Shown: one piece after another, positions 18,682-30,193 of the stretch
Position numbering within the stretch: position 1 is the first letter of the stretch
How the letters are laid out: each line of letters begins with the position of its first letter
Assembly (NCBI GenBank): GCA_048938385.1
Contig: JBHLMG010000003.1
Location: 21,090 to 85,089, forward strand
Reading direction: 5' to 3'
From: Promethearchaeota archaeon
Lineage (GTDB): Archaea > Asgardarchaeota > Hermodarchaeia > Hermodarchaeales > Hermodarchaeaceae
Length of the DNA: 64,000 nt
The notes under the pieces: model-generated
The model's database searches: none
What the model was told of the DNA's origin: nothing
The model's input: the letters and a program-made list of their open reading frames with translations, nothing else
Translations under genes and position numbers: made by a program

Positions 18682-19503
18682 TTAACCGTAGATCTCTTTT
18701 AGAAAAACTTCAATGGTTGATTTGTATTTCTTTGGATCCTCATGTTGGAGCATGTGACCGATAGGTCCTGTAAACGGAACATGTCTTGAGTTTGGAAGGG
18801 CTTCATCCAACTCTTGAGAGCTTGCAAAAGGTATGAAGCTGTCGTTTTCAGAGTGAATGAGAAGCGTGGGAATTGTAATGGTTCCCAGTTTATCTGAAAC
18901 ATCGTAGTTTTCAACAACTGCTTCCATCGTGGCTAGGCCAACGAAGTTTTCGTTTTTAAGAGTTCGATCAACAAATTCTTTGACGACTTCAGGATGGGCA
19001 TCTTGGAAGGCGCGGTCATAACACAAATGGACCAGAATGTTCTCGATATCAGGGCGGTTCGTGACTTGAATGATGCCTTGCCGCAACCCTTCGATGTATT
19101 GGGTAAGTGCAGGGTTTTGCAGCTTTCGTGCCGTCGCTTCAAGGATTAGCCCGCGAAGGCGTTTCGAAATTTTCGGATCGGTGGCATAGCAGAGTGCAAT
19201 CATGCCACCCATCGAATGCCCGAGCAACACGATCTTCTTTTCTCCAATTACCTGCTTAAGGGCAGAATCGAGATCCTTAGCCAAATCGGGAAGTAAATAG
19301 CTCGAATCCTCCGGTTTATCGCTCTGTCCGTGACCTTTCATGTCAAAGGCGAAGGCATGATATCCCTGCCTCCCAAAGTAGTCTACTTCTGCTTCAAACA
19401 ACCAGCTACTTCCCAGAAACCCATGCTGAAAGACTACTACCGGTCCCTTGCCTTTTTCGATATAATACATCTGATTTCCATCAGGAAGAGATACGAAACC
19501 CAT
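18682..19503 (-). CDS. alpha/beta hydrolase
   Basis: HGF, DMKGHGQS, GHSMGG nucleophile elbow, catalytic D and GH. Confidence 0.9.
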   Translation of the reverse strand: MGFVSLPDGNQMYYIEKGKGPVVVFQHGFLGSSWLFEAEVDYFGRQGYHAFAFDMKGHGQSDKPEDSSYLLPDLAKDLDSALKQVIGEKKIVLLGHSMGGMIALCYATDPKISKRLRGLILEATARKLQNPALTQYIEGLRQGIIQVTNRPDIENILVHLCYDRAFQDAHPEVVKEFVDRTLKNENFVGLATMEAVVENYDVSDKLGTITIPTLLIHSENDSFIPFASSQELDEALPNSRHVPFTGPIGHMLQHEDPKKYKSTIEVFLKEIYG

Positions 19504-19680
19504 ATTCTTTTTCTCCTCAATCCGAATTTCCAAGTGATATCTTTTATATTAAATTAAAGAATTTGGGAAGATAATTCATATCCTTCAGAAATTCGTTGAC
19601 TTGACCTTTATTTATCACAGACACTCCATAAGAATGATAAACTAGCGTATCAGTCTTCGAATGGGAGGCGCAACGATTTC

Positions 19681-21702
19681 GTGACCGCTTCACGCAAGTT
19701 TGAACTCAACCCCAACTACACTCCACGCGGCGACCAGCCCAAAGCCATCAAAAAACTCATCGATGGCTACAACCAGGGTAAACGGCAACAGACTCTATTA
19801 GGCGTAACAGGCTCAGGAAAAACTTTCACGGTTGCCTCCATTGTTGAAGCTCTACAACAACCCACCCTCGTCATCGCCCCCAACAAAACTTTAGCCGCAC
19901 AACTCACGAGCATGTTTCGCGAGTACTTCCCCGACAACGCAGTCGAGTACTACACATCTTACTATGATTACTTTCAACCTGAAGCGTACATGCCGACTTC
20001 GGATACTTACATTGAGAAGGATGCGTCGATCAACGAAGAGGTGGAGCGAATGCGGTTATCTGCCGTTGCGTCGCTCGCTGTGCGAAGTGATGTGTTGATC
20101 GTTGCCACTGTTTCTTGTATCTATGGCATCGGTGCTCCGGGTTCGTATCGAAACTTGGTTGTGGAGCTGGAACAGGGACAAGATATTCCCCGAGATGAGC
20201 TCTTCGCTCGGTTAGTGCATATCAACTACACTCGCAATGATTTCGACTTCCACCGGGGAACATTTCGTGTTCGAGGTGATGTGATTGAGGTTTTTCCTGC
20301 GTATGCGACTCATCCGGTCCGTTTGGAAACCTTTGGTGATACAATTGAGCGTATCACAGACATTGCGCCAATAAAAGGCACAGTGCTTTTCGAACGGGAG
20401 AAGGTCAAAATTTTTCCAGCTAAGCAATTCACGACGAATCAACAATTACTCCCTGAAATTTTAGAGCAAATTGAGGAAGAACTCGAATGGCGTCTAAGAG
20501 AATTGGAAGAGCAGGAAAAGATCCTCGAGGCAGACCGGCTGAGGCGGCGGGTGAAGTACGATATTGAGATGATGCGCTCCGTGGGGTGGACAGGTGGTAT
20601 CGAGAATTACTCGCGATATTTTGATAATCGCAAAGAAGGAGAGAAACCCTTCTGTCTACTCGATCACTATCCAGAGGATTTTCTTTTGGTCATTGATGAA
20701 TCCCATATTACAGTTCCTCAACTTGGAGGTATGTTTTATGGGGATTTATCACGGAAACGCAACCTCGTTGATTATGGTTTCCGACTCCCCTCTGCCTACG
20801 ACAATCGTCCCTTAAAGTTTGAAGAATTCGAACCCTATATGCGTGCTGTTCTCTATACTTCCGCTACACCTGCAGGCTATGAACGAAAACACTCAAACCA
20901 AGTAGTTGAACAAATTATTCGTCCTACTGGATTGGTCGATCCCAAAATCATTGTGCGCCCTACTGAAGGTCAAGTCGAAGACCTGCTCGGAGAAATTCGT
21001 AATCGGGCTAAAAAGGATGAACGCGTCTTAGTAACTACTCTAACGAAACGGATGGCTGAGGATTTAGCTGATTACATGGTTCATGCCGGTATTAAGGCTG
21101 AGTACCTGCACTCAGAAGTGGGCACGCTTGAGCGGGTTGAAGTGCTGCGTGATTTACGGCGTGGAAAACACGAAACTGTTGTCGGAATTAACTTGCTTCG
21201 AGAAGGGCTCGATCTGCCTGAAGTATCACTAGTCGCAATTCTTGATGCCGATAAGGAGGGCTTCCTAAGGTCTGATACGAGCCTTATTCAAATCATGGGT
21301 CGGGCCAGTAGAAATGTCAATGGTACAGTGATTCTCTATGCCGATCAAATGACGGAATCCATGGAGCGAGCGATAAATGAGAACAACCGTCGGCGTGCCA
21401 TGCAGCTTGCATATAACAAGGAACACGGCATCACCCCTACCACCATTGTGAAATCGATTACTGATATCGCTGAAGGTGTACATCGAGTAAGCAAAGATGC
21501 TAGATCAACAGTGAGTATTCCCAAGAATTGGCGAACCGCAAACGAGAGCGACTTAGCCTTGCTCATCGTAGAGCTGCGAGAAGAGATGCTCCATTCCGCA
21601 GAAGAATTAGATTTCGAACGGGCCGCAGAGTTGCGGGACCTAATTAATGAAATCGAAGCCTACATGGGACTCCAAGTGAAACCCGTAAAGAAACGGCGTT
21701 AA
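19681..21702 (+). CDS. uvrB: excinuclease ABC subunit B
   Basis: GVTGSGKT, YYDYFQPEAY, DESH, GFRLPSA.DNRPL, GINLLREGLDLPEV, C-terminal UVR domain. Confidence 0.98.
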   Translation: MTASRKFELNPNYTPRGDQPKAIKKLIDGYNQGKRQQTLLGVTGSGKTFTVASIVEALQQPTLVIAPNKTLAAQLTSMFREYFPDNAVEYYTSYYDYFQPEAYMPTSDTYIEKDASINEEVERMRLSAVASLAVRSDVLIVATVSCIYGIGAPGSYRNLVVELEQGQDIPRDELFARLVHINYTRNDFDFHRGTFRVRGDVIEVFPAYATHPVRLETFGDTIERITDIAPIKGTVLFEREKVKIFPAKQFTTNQQLLPEILEQIEEELEWRLRELEEQEKILEADRLRRRVKYDIEMMRSVGWTGGIENYSRYFDNRKEGEKPFCLLDHYPEDFLLVIDESHITVPQLGGMFYGDLSRKRNLVDYGFRLPSAYDNRPLKFEEFEPYMRAVLYTSATPAGYERKHSNQVVEQIIRPTGLVDPKIIVRPTEGQVEDLLGEIRNRAKKDERVLVTTLTKRMAEDLADYMVHAGIKAEYLHSEVGTLERVEVLRDLRRGKHETVVGINLLREGLDLPEVSLVAILDADKEGFLRSDTSLIQIMGRASRNVNGTVILYADQMTESMERAINENNRRRAMQLAYNKEHGITPTTIVKSITDIAEGVHRVSKDARSTVSIPKNWRTANESDLALLIVELREEMLHSAEELDFERAAELRDLINEIEAYMGLQVKPVKKRR

Positions 21703-21885
21703 CTTCGATTACTTTCACCATACCCTCCCTGTGTTTATATGGTCAAACAGACAAAGGGCTCCAAACTGATACCCACCACACCATCGGGAAACCCTGCTGC
21801 ATTATGAAACTTGGGAAGGATGCCAAAACCGTAACTCTTATGGCAATGCCTGCAATCGACTGGCTGGAACAAAGGTGACAACTGG

Positions 21886-24819
21886 GTGAGTGACGACAAG
21901 TACATCACAGTCAAAGGTGCACGGGTCCACAACCTCAAGAACATCACCGTCAAGATTCCCCGTGATAAATATGTAGTGATAACTGGGCTATCCGGCTCCG
22001 GGAAATCTTCCCTTGCTTTCGACACCTTATTTGCCGAAGGGCAACGCCGCTATGTCGAATCGCTATCCGCTTACGCCCGCCAGTTCTTAGGACGATTGGA
22101 CAAACCCGATGTCGATTCCATTGAAGGATTAAGCCCCGCTATCTCAATCGATCAACGCTCAGCAGGCGGAAACCCACGGTCCACGGTGGGCACCATTACT
22201 GAAATTTACGATTATATGCGACTACTCTGGGCTCGTATTGGTATTCCCCATTGTCATCAGTGTGGTCGTCAAATTAGTCCCCAATCCGTGCAACAGATTG
22301 TACGGCAAATTATGGAGTTCGAGGATGGGAAACGCGTCCGTATCATCTCTCCAGTGGTGCGGGGTCGTAAAGGAACCTACAAAGCCCTTTTCAAGAAGCT
22401 CCGCAGTGAAGGCTTCATTCGGCTGCGTGTAGATGGTGAAGAATATCGACTCGATAAAGACACCGAGATTGAACTCGACCGCTACAAAACGCACACTATC
22501 GAGATCATCGTTGACCGGCTCGTTCTCAAACCAGCCGTAGAACAACGACTCACACAATCGGTAGAGACAGCGCTGGAGTTTAGCGAAGGCTTGGTAACTG
22601 TAGATGTCATGGGGGATCAAGAGTACCTGTTCAGCGAATCAGCAGGTTGTCCGGTCTGTGGTATCAGTTTTCCAGACTTGGCACCTCGACTCTTTAGTTT
22701 CAATTCGCCGTACGGTGCCTGTCCTGAATGTAAAGGGCTCGGATACACCCTCGAAGTAGATCCTGAGTTAGTGGTCCCTGATCCGAAGCGATCGCTCCGA
22801 GAAGGGGCGATTGTCCCATACCGTGCGCCGTTGAATGGGTGGCGACTTCGAAGCTTAACCAGTATCGCAAACCATTACGGATTCAGCCTCGACACACCTT
22901 TCCAAGACTTAGAACCGGAACACCAACAGGTTCTGCTATACGGTTCCGGTGATGAGGAGATTAGGTTCGAACACAGGGGCATCACAGACTCTGGAAGGAA
23001 ATGGGAGTGGATTAGCGAAAAGCCCACCATGGGCGTGATTCCCGGATTGAAGCATCGGTACAAGTACACGAGCTCTGAAATCGTACGGGAATCAATCCTC
23101 CAATATATGGCCCAGTTACCCTGCCCAGCCTGTGGAGGGCGACGACTTCGACCCGAAGCCTTAGCCGTGACAATTCATGATCATAGTATTGACCAAGTGT
23201 CAGATGGGTCTATCGTTGAAACACTAAGCTTCTTTGACGACCTCAACCTCACCGAGAAAGAAACTACGATTGCTGCACAAACATTACGCGAGATTAGGCA
23301 ACGATTGCAGTTCTTGTCATCTGTTGGACTCGATTATCTCACTCTCAACCGGTTATCCGCAACCCTCGCAGGGGGTGAAGCGCAACGCGTACGCTTAGCC
23401 ACTCAGATTGGTTCACGATTAGTCGGCGTCACCTACATCCTGGACGAACCGAGTATCGGACTCCACATGCGAGACAATGCTCGTCTCTTAGAAATGCTTC
23501 TCCAGTTACGGGACCTTGGCAACACGGTCCTCGTAGTTGAACACGACGAAGGCTTCATCCGAGCAGCGGACTGGGTCATTGACCTGGGACCCGGTGCAGG
23601 TATCCATGGGGGTCAAGTCGTAGCTGAAGGAACTGTAGAAGAAATCATGGAGAACCCAAAGTCGCTGACAGGTCAGTATCTACGCGGCGACAAGAGCATT
23701 ACGGTTCCCCCTTCCCGTCGGTTAGGGAACGGAGCAGCGCTACGCTTGAAGGGAGCACGACATCGTAACTTGAAAGACATTGATGTCACATTTCCTCTCG
23801 GCACCTTCATCTGCATCACCGGTGTATCTGGGTCTGGAAAAAGCACCCTCATCACCGACACTCTGTATCCCGGGATCATCTGGCAGTTTCGTTATCGTCG
23901 TCACCGGCAATCGGACGCCATCCTCGCAGGATTAACGCAAAAGCCTGGACCTTTCGAAGCGTTAGAGGGCATTGACTATCTGGATAAAGTCATCCTTGTT
24001 GACCAATCTCCCATTGGTCGTACACCCCGATCCAACCCCGCCACCTATACGAAGGTCCTTGACCCCATTCGCGAACTCTTCGCCAAAACTGAGGAAGCCC
24101 GGAAACGCGGTTACCAGCCCGGACGGTTCAGCTTCAATGTCAAAGGCGGACGCTGTGAAACCTGTCGTGGCGCAGGGGTTATTCGTATCGAGATGCAGTT
24201 TCTCCCCGATGTCTATGTTGTCTGTGACGAATGCCATGGAAAACGGTTCAACAAAGAAACACTCCAGGTCCGATACAAAGGGAAGACTATCTATGAAATC
24301 CTCCGCATGACCGTCGACGAAGCCGCTGAATTCTTTGAAAACTTCCCCAAGATTGCCCGAATCCTCAAAACCCTCCAGGCTGTCGGATTAGGGTACATGG
24401 AACTCGGACAACCTTCACCCACGCTTAGTGGTGGAGAAGCGCAGCGAATTAAACTGAGCCGTGAACTTGGAAAACGCAGCACGACCCAAACTTTGTACAT
24501 TCTTGATGAACCCACCACTGGATTACATCTAGCAGATGTACAGAAACTCCTAGATGTGCTGAGTTCCCTCCTCGATGCTGGTAACACGGTAATCGTGATT
24601 GAACACCAACCCGATGTTATTCGTGCCGCAGACTACATCCTCGACCTCGGTCCTGAGGGCGGAGATCAGGGCGGTTACATTGTCGCTCACGGGACTCCGG
24701 AACAAGTAGCACAAGTTAAGAACTCACATACAGCAGCTGTGCTCCGTAAGGTGCTCTCGTCTAAATCCAGCCGAGATGACTCTGCCTCCAAGAAGCGAGT
24801 TAAAATCTTGTCCCAGTGA
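21886..24819 (+). CDS. uvrA: excinuclease ABC subunit A
   Basis: GARVHNLKN, two ABC modules ([16 protein letters not shown]), zinc fingers, LSGGEAQR. Confidence 0.98.
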   Translation: MSDDKYITVKGARVHNLKNITVKIPRDKYVVITGLSGSGKSSLAFDTLFAEGQRRYVESLSAYARQFLGRLDKPDVDSIEGLSPAISIDQRSAGGNPRSTVGTITEIYDYMRLLWARIGIPHCHQCGRQISPQSVQQIVRQIMEFEDGKRVRIISPVVRGRKGTYKALFKKLRSEGFIRLRVDGEEYRLDKDTEIELDRYKTHTIEIIVDRLVLKPAVEQRLTQSVETALEFSEGLVTVDVMGDQEYLFSESAGCPVCGISFPDLAPRLFSFNSPYGACPECKGLGYTLEVDPELVVPDPKRSLREGAIVPYRAPLNGWRLRSLTSIANHYGFSLDTPFQDLEPEHQQVLLYGSGDEEIRFEHRGITDSGRKWEWISEKPTMGVIPGLKHRYKYTSSEIVRESILQYMAQLPCPACGGRRLRPEALAVTIHDHSIDQVSDGSIVETLSFFDDLNLTEKETTIAAQTLREIRQRLQFLSSVGLDYLTLNRLSATLAGGEAQRVRLATQIGSRLVGVTYILDEPSIGLHMRDNARLLEMLLQLRDLGNTVLVVEHDEGFIRAADWVIDLGPGAGIHGGQVVAEGTVEEIMENPKSLTGQYLRGDKSITVPPSRRLGNGAALRLKGARHRNLKDIDVTFPLGTFICITGVSGSGKSTLITDTLYPGIIWQFRYRRHRQSDAILAGLTQKPGPFEALEGIDYLDKVILVDQSPIGRTPRSNPATYTKVLDPIRELFAKTEEARKRGYQPGRFSFNVKGGRCETCRGAGVIRIEMQFLPDVYVVCDECHGKRFNKETLQVRYKGKTIYEILRMTVDEAAEFFENFPKIARILKTLQAVGLGYMELGQPSPTLSGGEAQRIKLSRELGKRSTTQTLYILDEPTTGLHLADVQKLLDVLSSLLDAGNTVIVIEHQPDVIRAADYILDLGPEGGDQGGYIVAHGTPEQVAQVKNSHTAAVLRKVLSSKSSRDDSASKKRVKILSQ

Positions 24820-24896
24820 TTATTCACCTTCTTTCTCAACTGTATAAACGGTGGAATAATAGGACACGATGAAACGAAGATAATGGGAATGCAACG

Positions 24897-26732
24897 ATGA
24901 ACCTTGAAGAGGAATTGAAAGACTTACCTAACAAACCCGGAGTGTATCTACTGTACGATACGAACAACACTGTCATCTATGTCGGGAAAGCTTCCTCCCT
25001 GAAAAAACGCGTTCCCTCCCACTTCCGCGGTATCGACCGTGGGAACATCTTTTCACCCATCGGTCAGGAAGCCGTAGACCTCGAATATTTGGTAACAGCT
25101 AATGAATCCGAAGCCTTAGTCCTTGAGGATAACCTCATCAAACGCCACAAACCCCGCTATAACATCCGCCTCAAAGATGACAAAAGTTTCCCTTTTGTCC
25201 GCATCACCCTTGCTGAAGACTTTCCGCGAGTAGAAAAAACCCGCGACCTCGTGCAAGACGGAAGTCGCTACATCGGACCCTATTCTAATGTGAAAGCCCT
25301 TGATGGACTGCTCAAATCCGTGAACCGAGTTGTGCCAATCGCTAGTTGTTCTCCTCTGATTGTGATTGGAAAGCGAAAACGCCCCTGCCTCAAATACGAT
25401 ATTGGGCGATGTCCTGCTCCCTGCATGGGGAAAATCAGCAAAGAAGAATACGCAGAACTAGTCGATGAGTACACCCTCATGCTTATGGGGCGACACGACG
25501 AACTAGAAAGCTTGCTCACTGCGCTGATGCAAAAATCCGCGAAAAATCAACAGTACGAACGCGCTGCCCGATACCGGGATAGGTTACGTGCAGTGCAACG
25601 CGGACGCCAAGCCCAACGCGCTACCTTCTGGAATCAACTTCCCGGACATCGAGATGTCTTCGGGCTAGCCCGCATGGGACCAGACGCCCTTGTCCAACTC
25701 TTGGTCGTGCGTGAAGGACGGGTCGTGGGTCAACAGCCCTTTCCCTTGAGTGCTCCATCTGCACTATCTGACGAAAGTGTCCTAGAAGCCTTCCTGAAGC
25801 AATACTACATCAGAGCTACTGAAATTCCCGATGAAGTGATCTTACCGATACCCATTCCAGATATTCAATTCCTAGAAGAATGGTTAACGCTCCAACGCGA
25901 AGACGCTAAACCTGTACAAATGGTTACCCCACCCGTAGATTCGCTTCAAAGTCTTGTGTCGATGGCAAATGAAAATGCCCAATTCCATCTCCATCAATTG
26001 GTTGAACGATTGGCAGCGGATGAAGGACGCCGCCATCGTGCTTACACGGAATTGGTCGAAACCCTCCATCTCCCACGAGAGCCTATCCGCATCGAAGCCT
26101 TCGATATATCAACCTTACAAGGAACAGCCTCGGTTGGAGTCTGCGTTGTCTTTCTGGACGCCCTTCCAGCGAAAAAGGAGTATCGCCGGTTCAAAATTCG
26201 AGAAGTCGAGGGGCAGGATGATTTTGCCATGATGCGTGAAGTCGTTGAACGCCGGTACCGTCGCAGAATTGCTGACAAAGCCCCACTTCCTGACTTGATC
26301 CTCATTGATGGTGGTCCTGGGCAAGTCAGCATGGCAAAGAAAGCCTTAGAACCACTTGAAGGTCCAGACCTTGTTGTCATTGGATTAGCGAAAGGCGATC
26401 AAGACGCGCCAGATTCCGTGTATCTTCCCGGACAATCCCAACCTTTGCGGTTTCCTGGAGATAGTGAAGGTCTACGCCTGTTAATGCGAGTGCGCGACGA
26501 AGCTCACCGTTTCGCTATCGCTTACCACCGCAAACTTCGAACCAAACAAAGTTTACACTTGACGCTGACTGATATTCCAGGGGTAGGCAAACGACGCGCC
26601 ACCTTGTTACTCGAGCACTTCCAAAGTATCCAACAACTCGCCAAAGCCTCTGTGGAAGAAATCACGGCGGTGCCCACTATCTCTCCTGCCCTCGCTGAAG
26701 AAATCATTGCCCACCTCACAGGGCGGGTCTAG
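24897..26732 (+). CDS. uvrC: excinuclease ABC subunit C
   Basis: GIY-YIG domain (PGVY..IYVGKA), RIEAFDIS, PDLILIDGG, RDEAHRFA, HhH. Confidence 0.97.
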   Translation: MNLEEELKDLPNKPGVYLLYDTNNTVIYVGKASSLKKRVPSHFRGIDRGNIFSPIGQEAVDLEYLVTANESEALVLEDNLIKRHKPRYNIRLKDDKSFPFVRITLAEDFPRVEKTRDLVQDGSRYIGPYSNVKALDGLLKSVNRVVPIASCSPLIVIGKRKRPCLKYDIGRCPAPCMGKISKEEYAELVDEYTLMLMGRHDELESLLTALMQKSAKNQQYERAARYRDRLRAVQRGRQAQRATFWNQLPGHRDVFGLARMGPDALVQLLVVREGRVVGQQPFPLSAPSALSDESVLEAFLKQYYIRATEIPDEVILPIPIPDIQFLEEWLTLQREDAKPVQMVTPPVDSLQSLVSMANENAQFHLHQLVERLAADEGRRHRAYTELVETLHLPREPIRIEAFDISTLQGTASVGVCVVFLDALPAKKEYRRFKIREVEGQDDFAMMREVVERRYRRRIADKAPLPDLILIDGGPGQVSMAKKALEPLEGPDLVVIGLAKGDQDAPDSVYLPGQSQPLRFPGDSEGLRLLMRVRDEAHRFAIAYHRKLRTKQSLHLTLTDIPGVGKRRATLLLEHFQSIQQLAKASVEEITAVPTISPALAEEIIAHLTGRV

Positions 26733-26741
26733 CTGAAATGC

Positions 26742-27038
26742 TTACGCTGGCTTCTTCTGGTCTTGCTGGATGTCTCTTACCAAGAAATATACTCCCAGTA
26801 TTGATGCAATCCAACTAGCTAATCCTGTAATCGCAAACGGTACCAATCCAAAGAAGTAACCGATAGGGATGGGTATTACGATAGTGATGATAATGAAAAA
26901 TACCCAGAAAACGGCGTCCCAACCCCACCTTGACACATCATAAGAATCAATCCATTCTTTATGACCTTCAGACCGTGCCATTAGATCTCTTGTCACAGGG
27001 TCCTGTCCTTTTTCTCTTTCATCTTTTCGACGAGTCAC
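26742..27038 (-). CDS. small membrane protein
   Basis: Two TM segments; GAGGGAG RBS. Confidence 0.65.
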   Translation of the reverse strand: MTRRKDEREKGQDPVTRDLMARSEGHKEWIDSYDVSRWGWDAVFWVFFIIITIVIPIPIGYFFGLVPFAITGLASWIASILGVYFLVRDIQQDQKKPA

Positions 27039-27115
27039 AACTACTCCCTCAAGATTAACTAATATAGCCCGCGAATAAAAACGCTCTGAATTAAGGTCTT
27101 AATATTGAATGCTGT

Positions 27116-27628
27116 CTATTTGGTCGCTAGTTTCTGTTTTAAGAGGGGTATAGCTCCGCCCGCTGTGATATATTGGAGTAGGAAGTTGGGAACCTTGGTC
27201 ACGGGATATTTCTGATTTGTACGGTTATTGGTTAGAATTCCCTCTACGAGATCCACCTCTATGATGTCTCCGTCTTGAACGAGACTAGGGGTCTCTGCAA
27301 TGGCAGGGAATTCTATGGCTGGAATGCCAAGATTGTAAGCATTCCGATAGAAAATTCGAGCAAAAGAGGCGGCGACGATTGCTCCAACTCCTAGGTGTTG
27401 AAGGACCGCAGGAGCTTCTTCCCGGCTAGATCCGATACCAAAATGCTTCTCCGCTACGATGATGTCGTTGTGTGTTACCTGTGTTGCGAACTCGGGTCGG
27501 ATATTCTGAAACGCGAAGGGGGTGAGTTCTTCAGTAGAAAGATGTGATAGGTGAATTCCTGAAATGATGTCATCTGTACTCACATTGGCTCCAAAGCGCC
27601 ACGCTCTGCCTTTAATCTGAGTTGACAT
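27116..27628 (-). CDS. leuD: 3-isopropylmalate dehydratase / homoaconitase small subunit
   Basis: NVSTDDII, FGIGSSREEA, SFARIFYRNAYNLG. Confidence 0.88.
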   Translation of the reverse strand: MSTQIKGRAWRFGANVSTDDIISGIHLSHLSTEELTPFAFQNIRPEFATQVTHNDIIVAEKHFGIGSSREEAPAVLQHLGVGAIVAASFARIFYRNAYNLGIPAIEFPAIAETPSLVQDGDIIEVDLVEGILTNNRTNQKYPVTKVPNFLLQYITAGGAIPLLKQKLATK

Positions 27629-27639
27629 CGAAGGTTGCC

Positions 27640-28896
27640 TCACGAGGGTGGAGTTGTAATTTTCCCTTTGATGGCGCTAGCTGCCACAGTCGCTGGTGAA
27701 GCGAGGTATATTTGGGCTTCAGGGCTACCCATACGCCCAGGGAAATTTCGATTCGTCGTACTTATACAGACTTCTCCTGCTGCTAGAACACCACAGTGCC
27801 CACCGAAACATGCTCCACAGGTTGCAGGTCCAATCGTAGCACCTGCCCTGACAAGTGTGCCAATAATCCCCTCTTCTAAAGCGGTTTGATAGATAATGCG
27901 ACTTGCTGGATTCACAATGAAACGCACGCTTGGTGCCACCTGTTTTCCCTTCACGATTTGTGCTGCTATGCGGAGATCTTCTAGTCGTCCATTCGTGCAC
28001 GAACCAAGAAACGCCTGGTCAATAGGAATTCCTGCAACCTCTGTGACGGGGACGGCATTTGTTGGAAGTGAAGGTGTGGCTACTTGTGGTACCAGAGTCG
28101 CGAGGTCGACCTGGTAAGAGTCGTGATACGATGTTTTTTCATCAGGGTATACTGGTGAAAATGGGAGTCTAGTTCGAGCTTTCACAAAATCAAGCACTCG
28201 CGAATCAGGAGGGATCAATGCTGCCATGGCTCCAGCTTCCACAGCCATGTTCGTCAGCGTCATCCAGGCATCCAGGCTCAATTGCTTAAGACCCTCACCA
28301 TGGTATTCTATCGACTGAAAGGTTGCCCCTTCTACGCCAAGCTGAGCTAAAATGGAGAGGACGATGTCTTTTCCCATCACCATTTTAGGTAGTTTTCCAG
28401 TAATGGTGATTTTGAGAGATTCAGGAGCTCGGAACCACAGTTGCCCGGTGGCTAAGACAATCGCCATGTCTGTTGCACCGATTCCTACAGCTAGTGCTCC
28501 AAGGGCACCTGCTGTCAGTGTATGCGAATCGGTACCAACTACTAATTCACCAGGGCGTATGTGTCCTTCTTCGACGAGGACTTGGTGGCAGATGCCTTTG
28601 TTGACATCGTAGAAGTGGTCAATATGTTGTTCCTTGACGAAGCTGCGAACCAGCTGATGAATTGTTGCAGCCTCAATGGTGGGGGCAGGTGTCCAATGAT
28701 CTAAAATCAGGACCACTCGGTTCGGATTCCATACTGTTTTGAAACCCATGGCTTTGAGTTGTGGGAGGACTCGGGTCCCAAACATCTCGTGGGACATTGC
28801 CAAATCAATCGAGGCTTCCACGATCTCTCCAGGTTCTATTGTTTTTTCCTTTATATGGTTAAGCAAGATTTTTTCGGCCATCGTCTGCCCTGTCAT
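27640..28896 (-). CDS. leuC: 3-isopropylmalate dehydratase / homoaconitase large subunit
   Basis: DH, GICHQV, DSHT, GSCTNGR, CGACFG, NRNFPGRMG. Confidence 0.9.
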   Translation of the reverse strand: MTGQTMAEKILLNHIKEKTIEPGEIVEASIDLAMSHEMFGTRVLPQLKAMGFKTVWNPNRVVLILDHWTPAPTIEAATIHQLVRSFVKEQHIDHFYDVNKGICHQVLVEEGHIRPGELVVGTDSHTLTAGALGALAVGIGATDMAIVLATGQLWFRAPESLKITITGKLPKMVMGKDIVLSILAQLGVEGATFQSIEYHGEGLKQLSLDAWMTLTNMAVEAGAMAALIPPDSRVLDFVKARTRLPFSPVYPDEKTSYHDSYQVDLATLVPQVATPSLPTNAVPVTEVAGIPIDQAFLGSCTNGRLEDLRIAAQIVKGKQVAPSVRFIVNPASRIIYQTALEEGIIGTLVRAGATIGPATCGACFGGHCGVLAAGEVCISTTNRNFPGRMGSPEAQIYLASPATVAASAIKGKITTPPS

Positions 28897-28903
28897 CGTC
28901 AGC

Positions 28904-30067
28904 TCACTGCTCCTTCAACTTCTCACGAAGAGCCTTAACAATTGCTGTGCTCACTTGCTTTGTGGTGGCGGGTTTAATTCTAGCGTATGCCCCTACGCAT
29001 AAATCATTAGTTCTTTTCTGTCCGCCCTGGAGAATAGTTTGGACCGCTTCTTCAATGAATGATGCCGCGTTCACTGCTGTCGAGTCATTGAACCGTTTCC
29101 CTAACCACTCAAGGAGCATTTTTCCAGCGAGAATCGCCGCAATTGGGTTGGCTCGGCGTTTCCCAGCAAGACGGGGAGCAGACCCGTGGATCGGTTCAAA
29201 CATGGCATGATTATCACCGATGTTCCCCCCTGCTGCCATGCCCATACCTCCTTGAATAGCAGCACCTAAATCCGAGATGATATCACCATACAAGTTCGGT
29301 GTTACAATTACATTATAGAATTCAGGTCTTCGTAGGCACCACATTGTCCATGCGTCCACATATGCGTAATCGGGTTCGATGTTTATATGGCGTTGTACCT
29401 GTTCAGTGAAAATGCGACGAAAAAGTTGGTCTCCTAATAATACATTGCTTTTATCAACACAAGTCAAACGGCGTTTGCCATCACTAGGAGCACCTTTCTT
29501 CCGTTGCTGAACCAGTGAAAGAGCGTACCTAATCACACGCTCTGCACCTACCCGGGAGATTGGACGAACATCGATTGCTAGTTCATCAGGTTCGTTTTCA
29601 GCATAGTGTTTGCCAATCCCTGCGTAGAGACCTTCCGTGTTTTCTCGTACAATAACGAAATCGATGTCGTCTGGAGTTTTATTTGCCAAAGGTGTTGGCA
29701 CACCTTGATAGAGCTTCACTGGACGCACATTCGCGTAGAGCTCCAGTTCTCGACGCTGTCCTAAGACCACCGCTGCACCAGCGAGTTGCCCATCTTCTCG
29801 ACGAACGACCTCTCCTGGGGTTTTTTCCCATCCAACTGCTCCGAGTAGGATTGCATCTGCTTCTTGACGGGCAAAGACCTCGGCTTCCCCTGACCATTCG
29901 CATCCTGTTTCTAGGTAGTATTTCCCTCCACAGGGAAATTCATAGAATGCGAGTTCGAGCCCGGCAGTTTCGGTGGATACGGTTTTGAGTACTTGCACTG
30001 CTTCATGAATCACTTCAGGTCCAATCCCATCACCGGGAAGGACTTGGATTTTGTAGGTGCGTGCCAC
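28904..30067 (-). CDS. leuB: isocitrate/isopropylmalate dehydrogenase family protein
   Basis: PGDGIGPEV, RENTEGLY, DKSNVL, NLYGDIISD, FEPIHGSAP; in an operon with leuC/D-like genes. Substrate is not provable from sequence. Confidence 0.8.
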   Translation of the reverse strand: MARTYKIQVLPGDGIGPEVIHEAVQVLKTVSTETAGLELAFYEFPCGGKYYLETGCEWSGEAEVFARQEADAILLGAVGWEKTPGEVVRREDGQLAGAAVVLGQRRELELYANVRPVKLYQGVPTPLANKTPDDIDFVIVRENTEGLYAGIGKHYAENEPDELAIDVRPISRVGAERVIRYALSLVQQRKKGAPSDGKRRLTCVDKSNVLLGDQLFRRIFTEQVQRHINIEPDYAYVDAWTMWCLRRPEFYNVIVTPNLYGDIISDLGAAIQGGMGMAAGGNIGDNHAMFEPIHGSAPRLAGKRRANPIAAILAGKMLLEWLGKRFNDSTAVNAASFIEEAVQTILQGGQKRTNDLCVGAYARIKPATTKQVSTAIVKALREKLKEQ

Positions 30068-30193
30068 AGTGATCCGTCCGTTAATCCTTTCTGTTCTAGG
30101 CTAACCAGGTACTTAACCCCCCTATTACTTCTATCCTCTCATCCACTACTTGATTGAAGAATATGAATCAAAGAATAGAGTAAGATTAGATGA

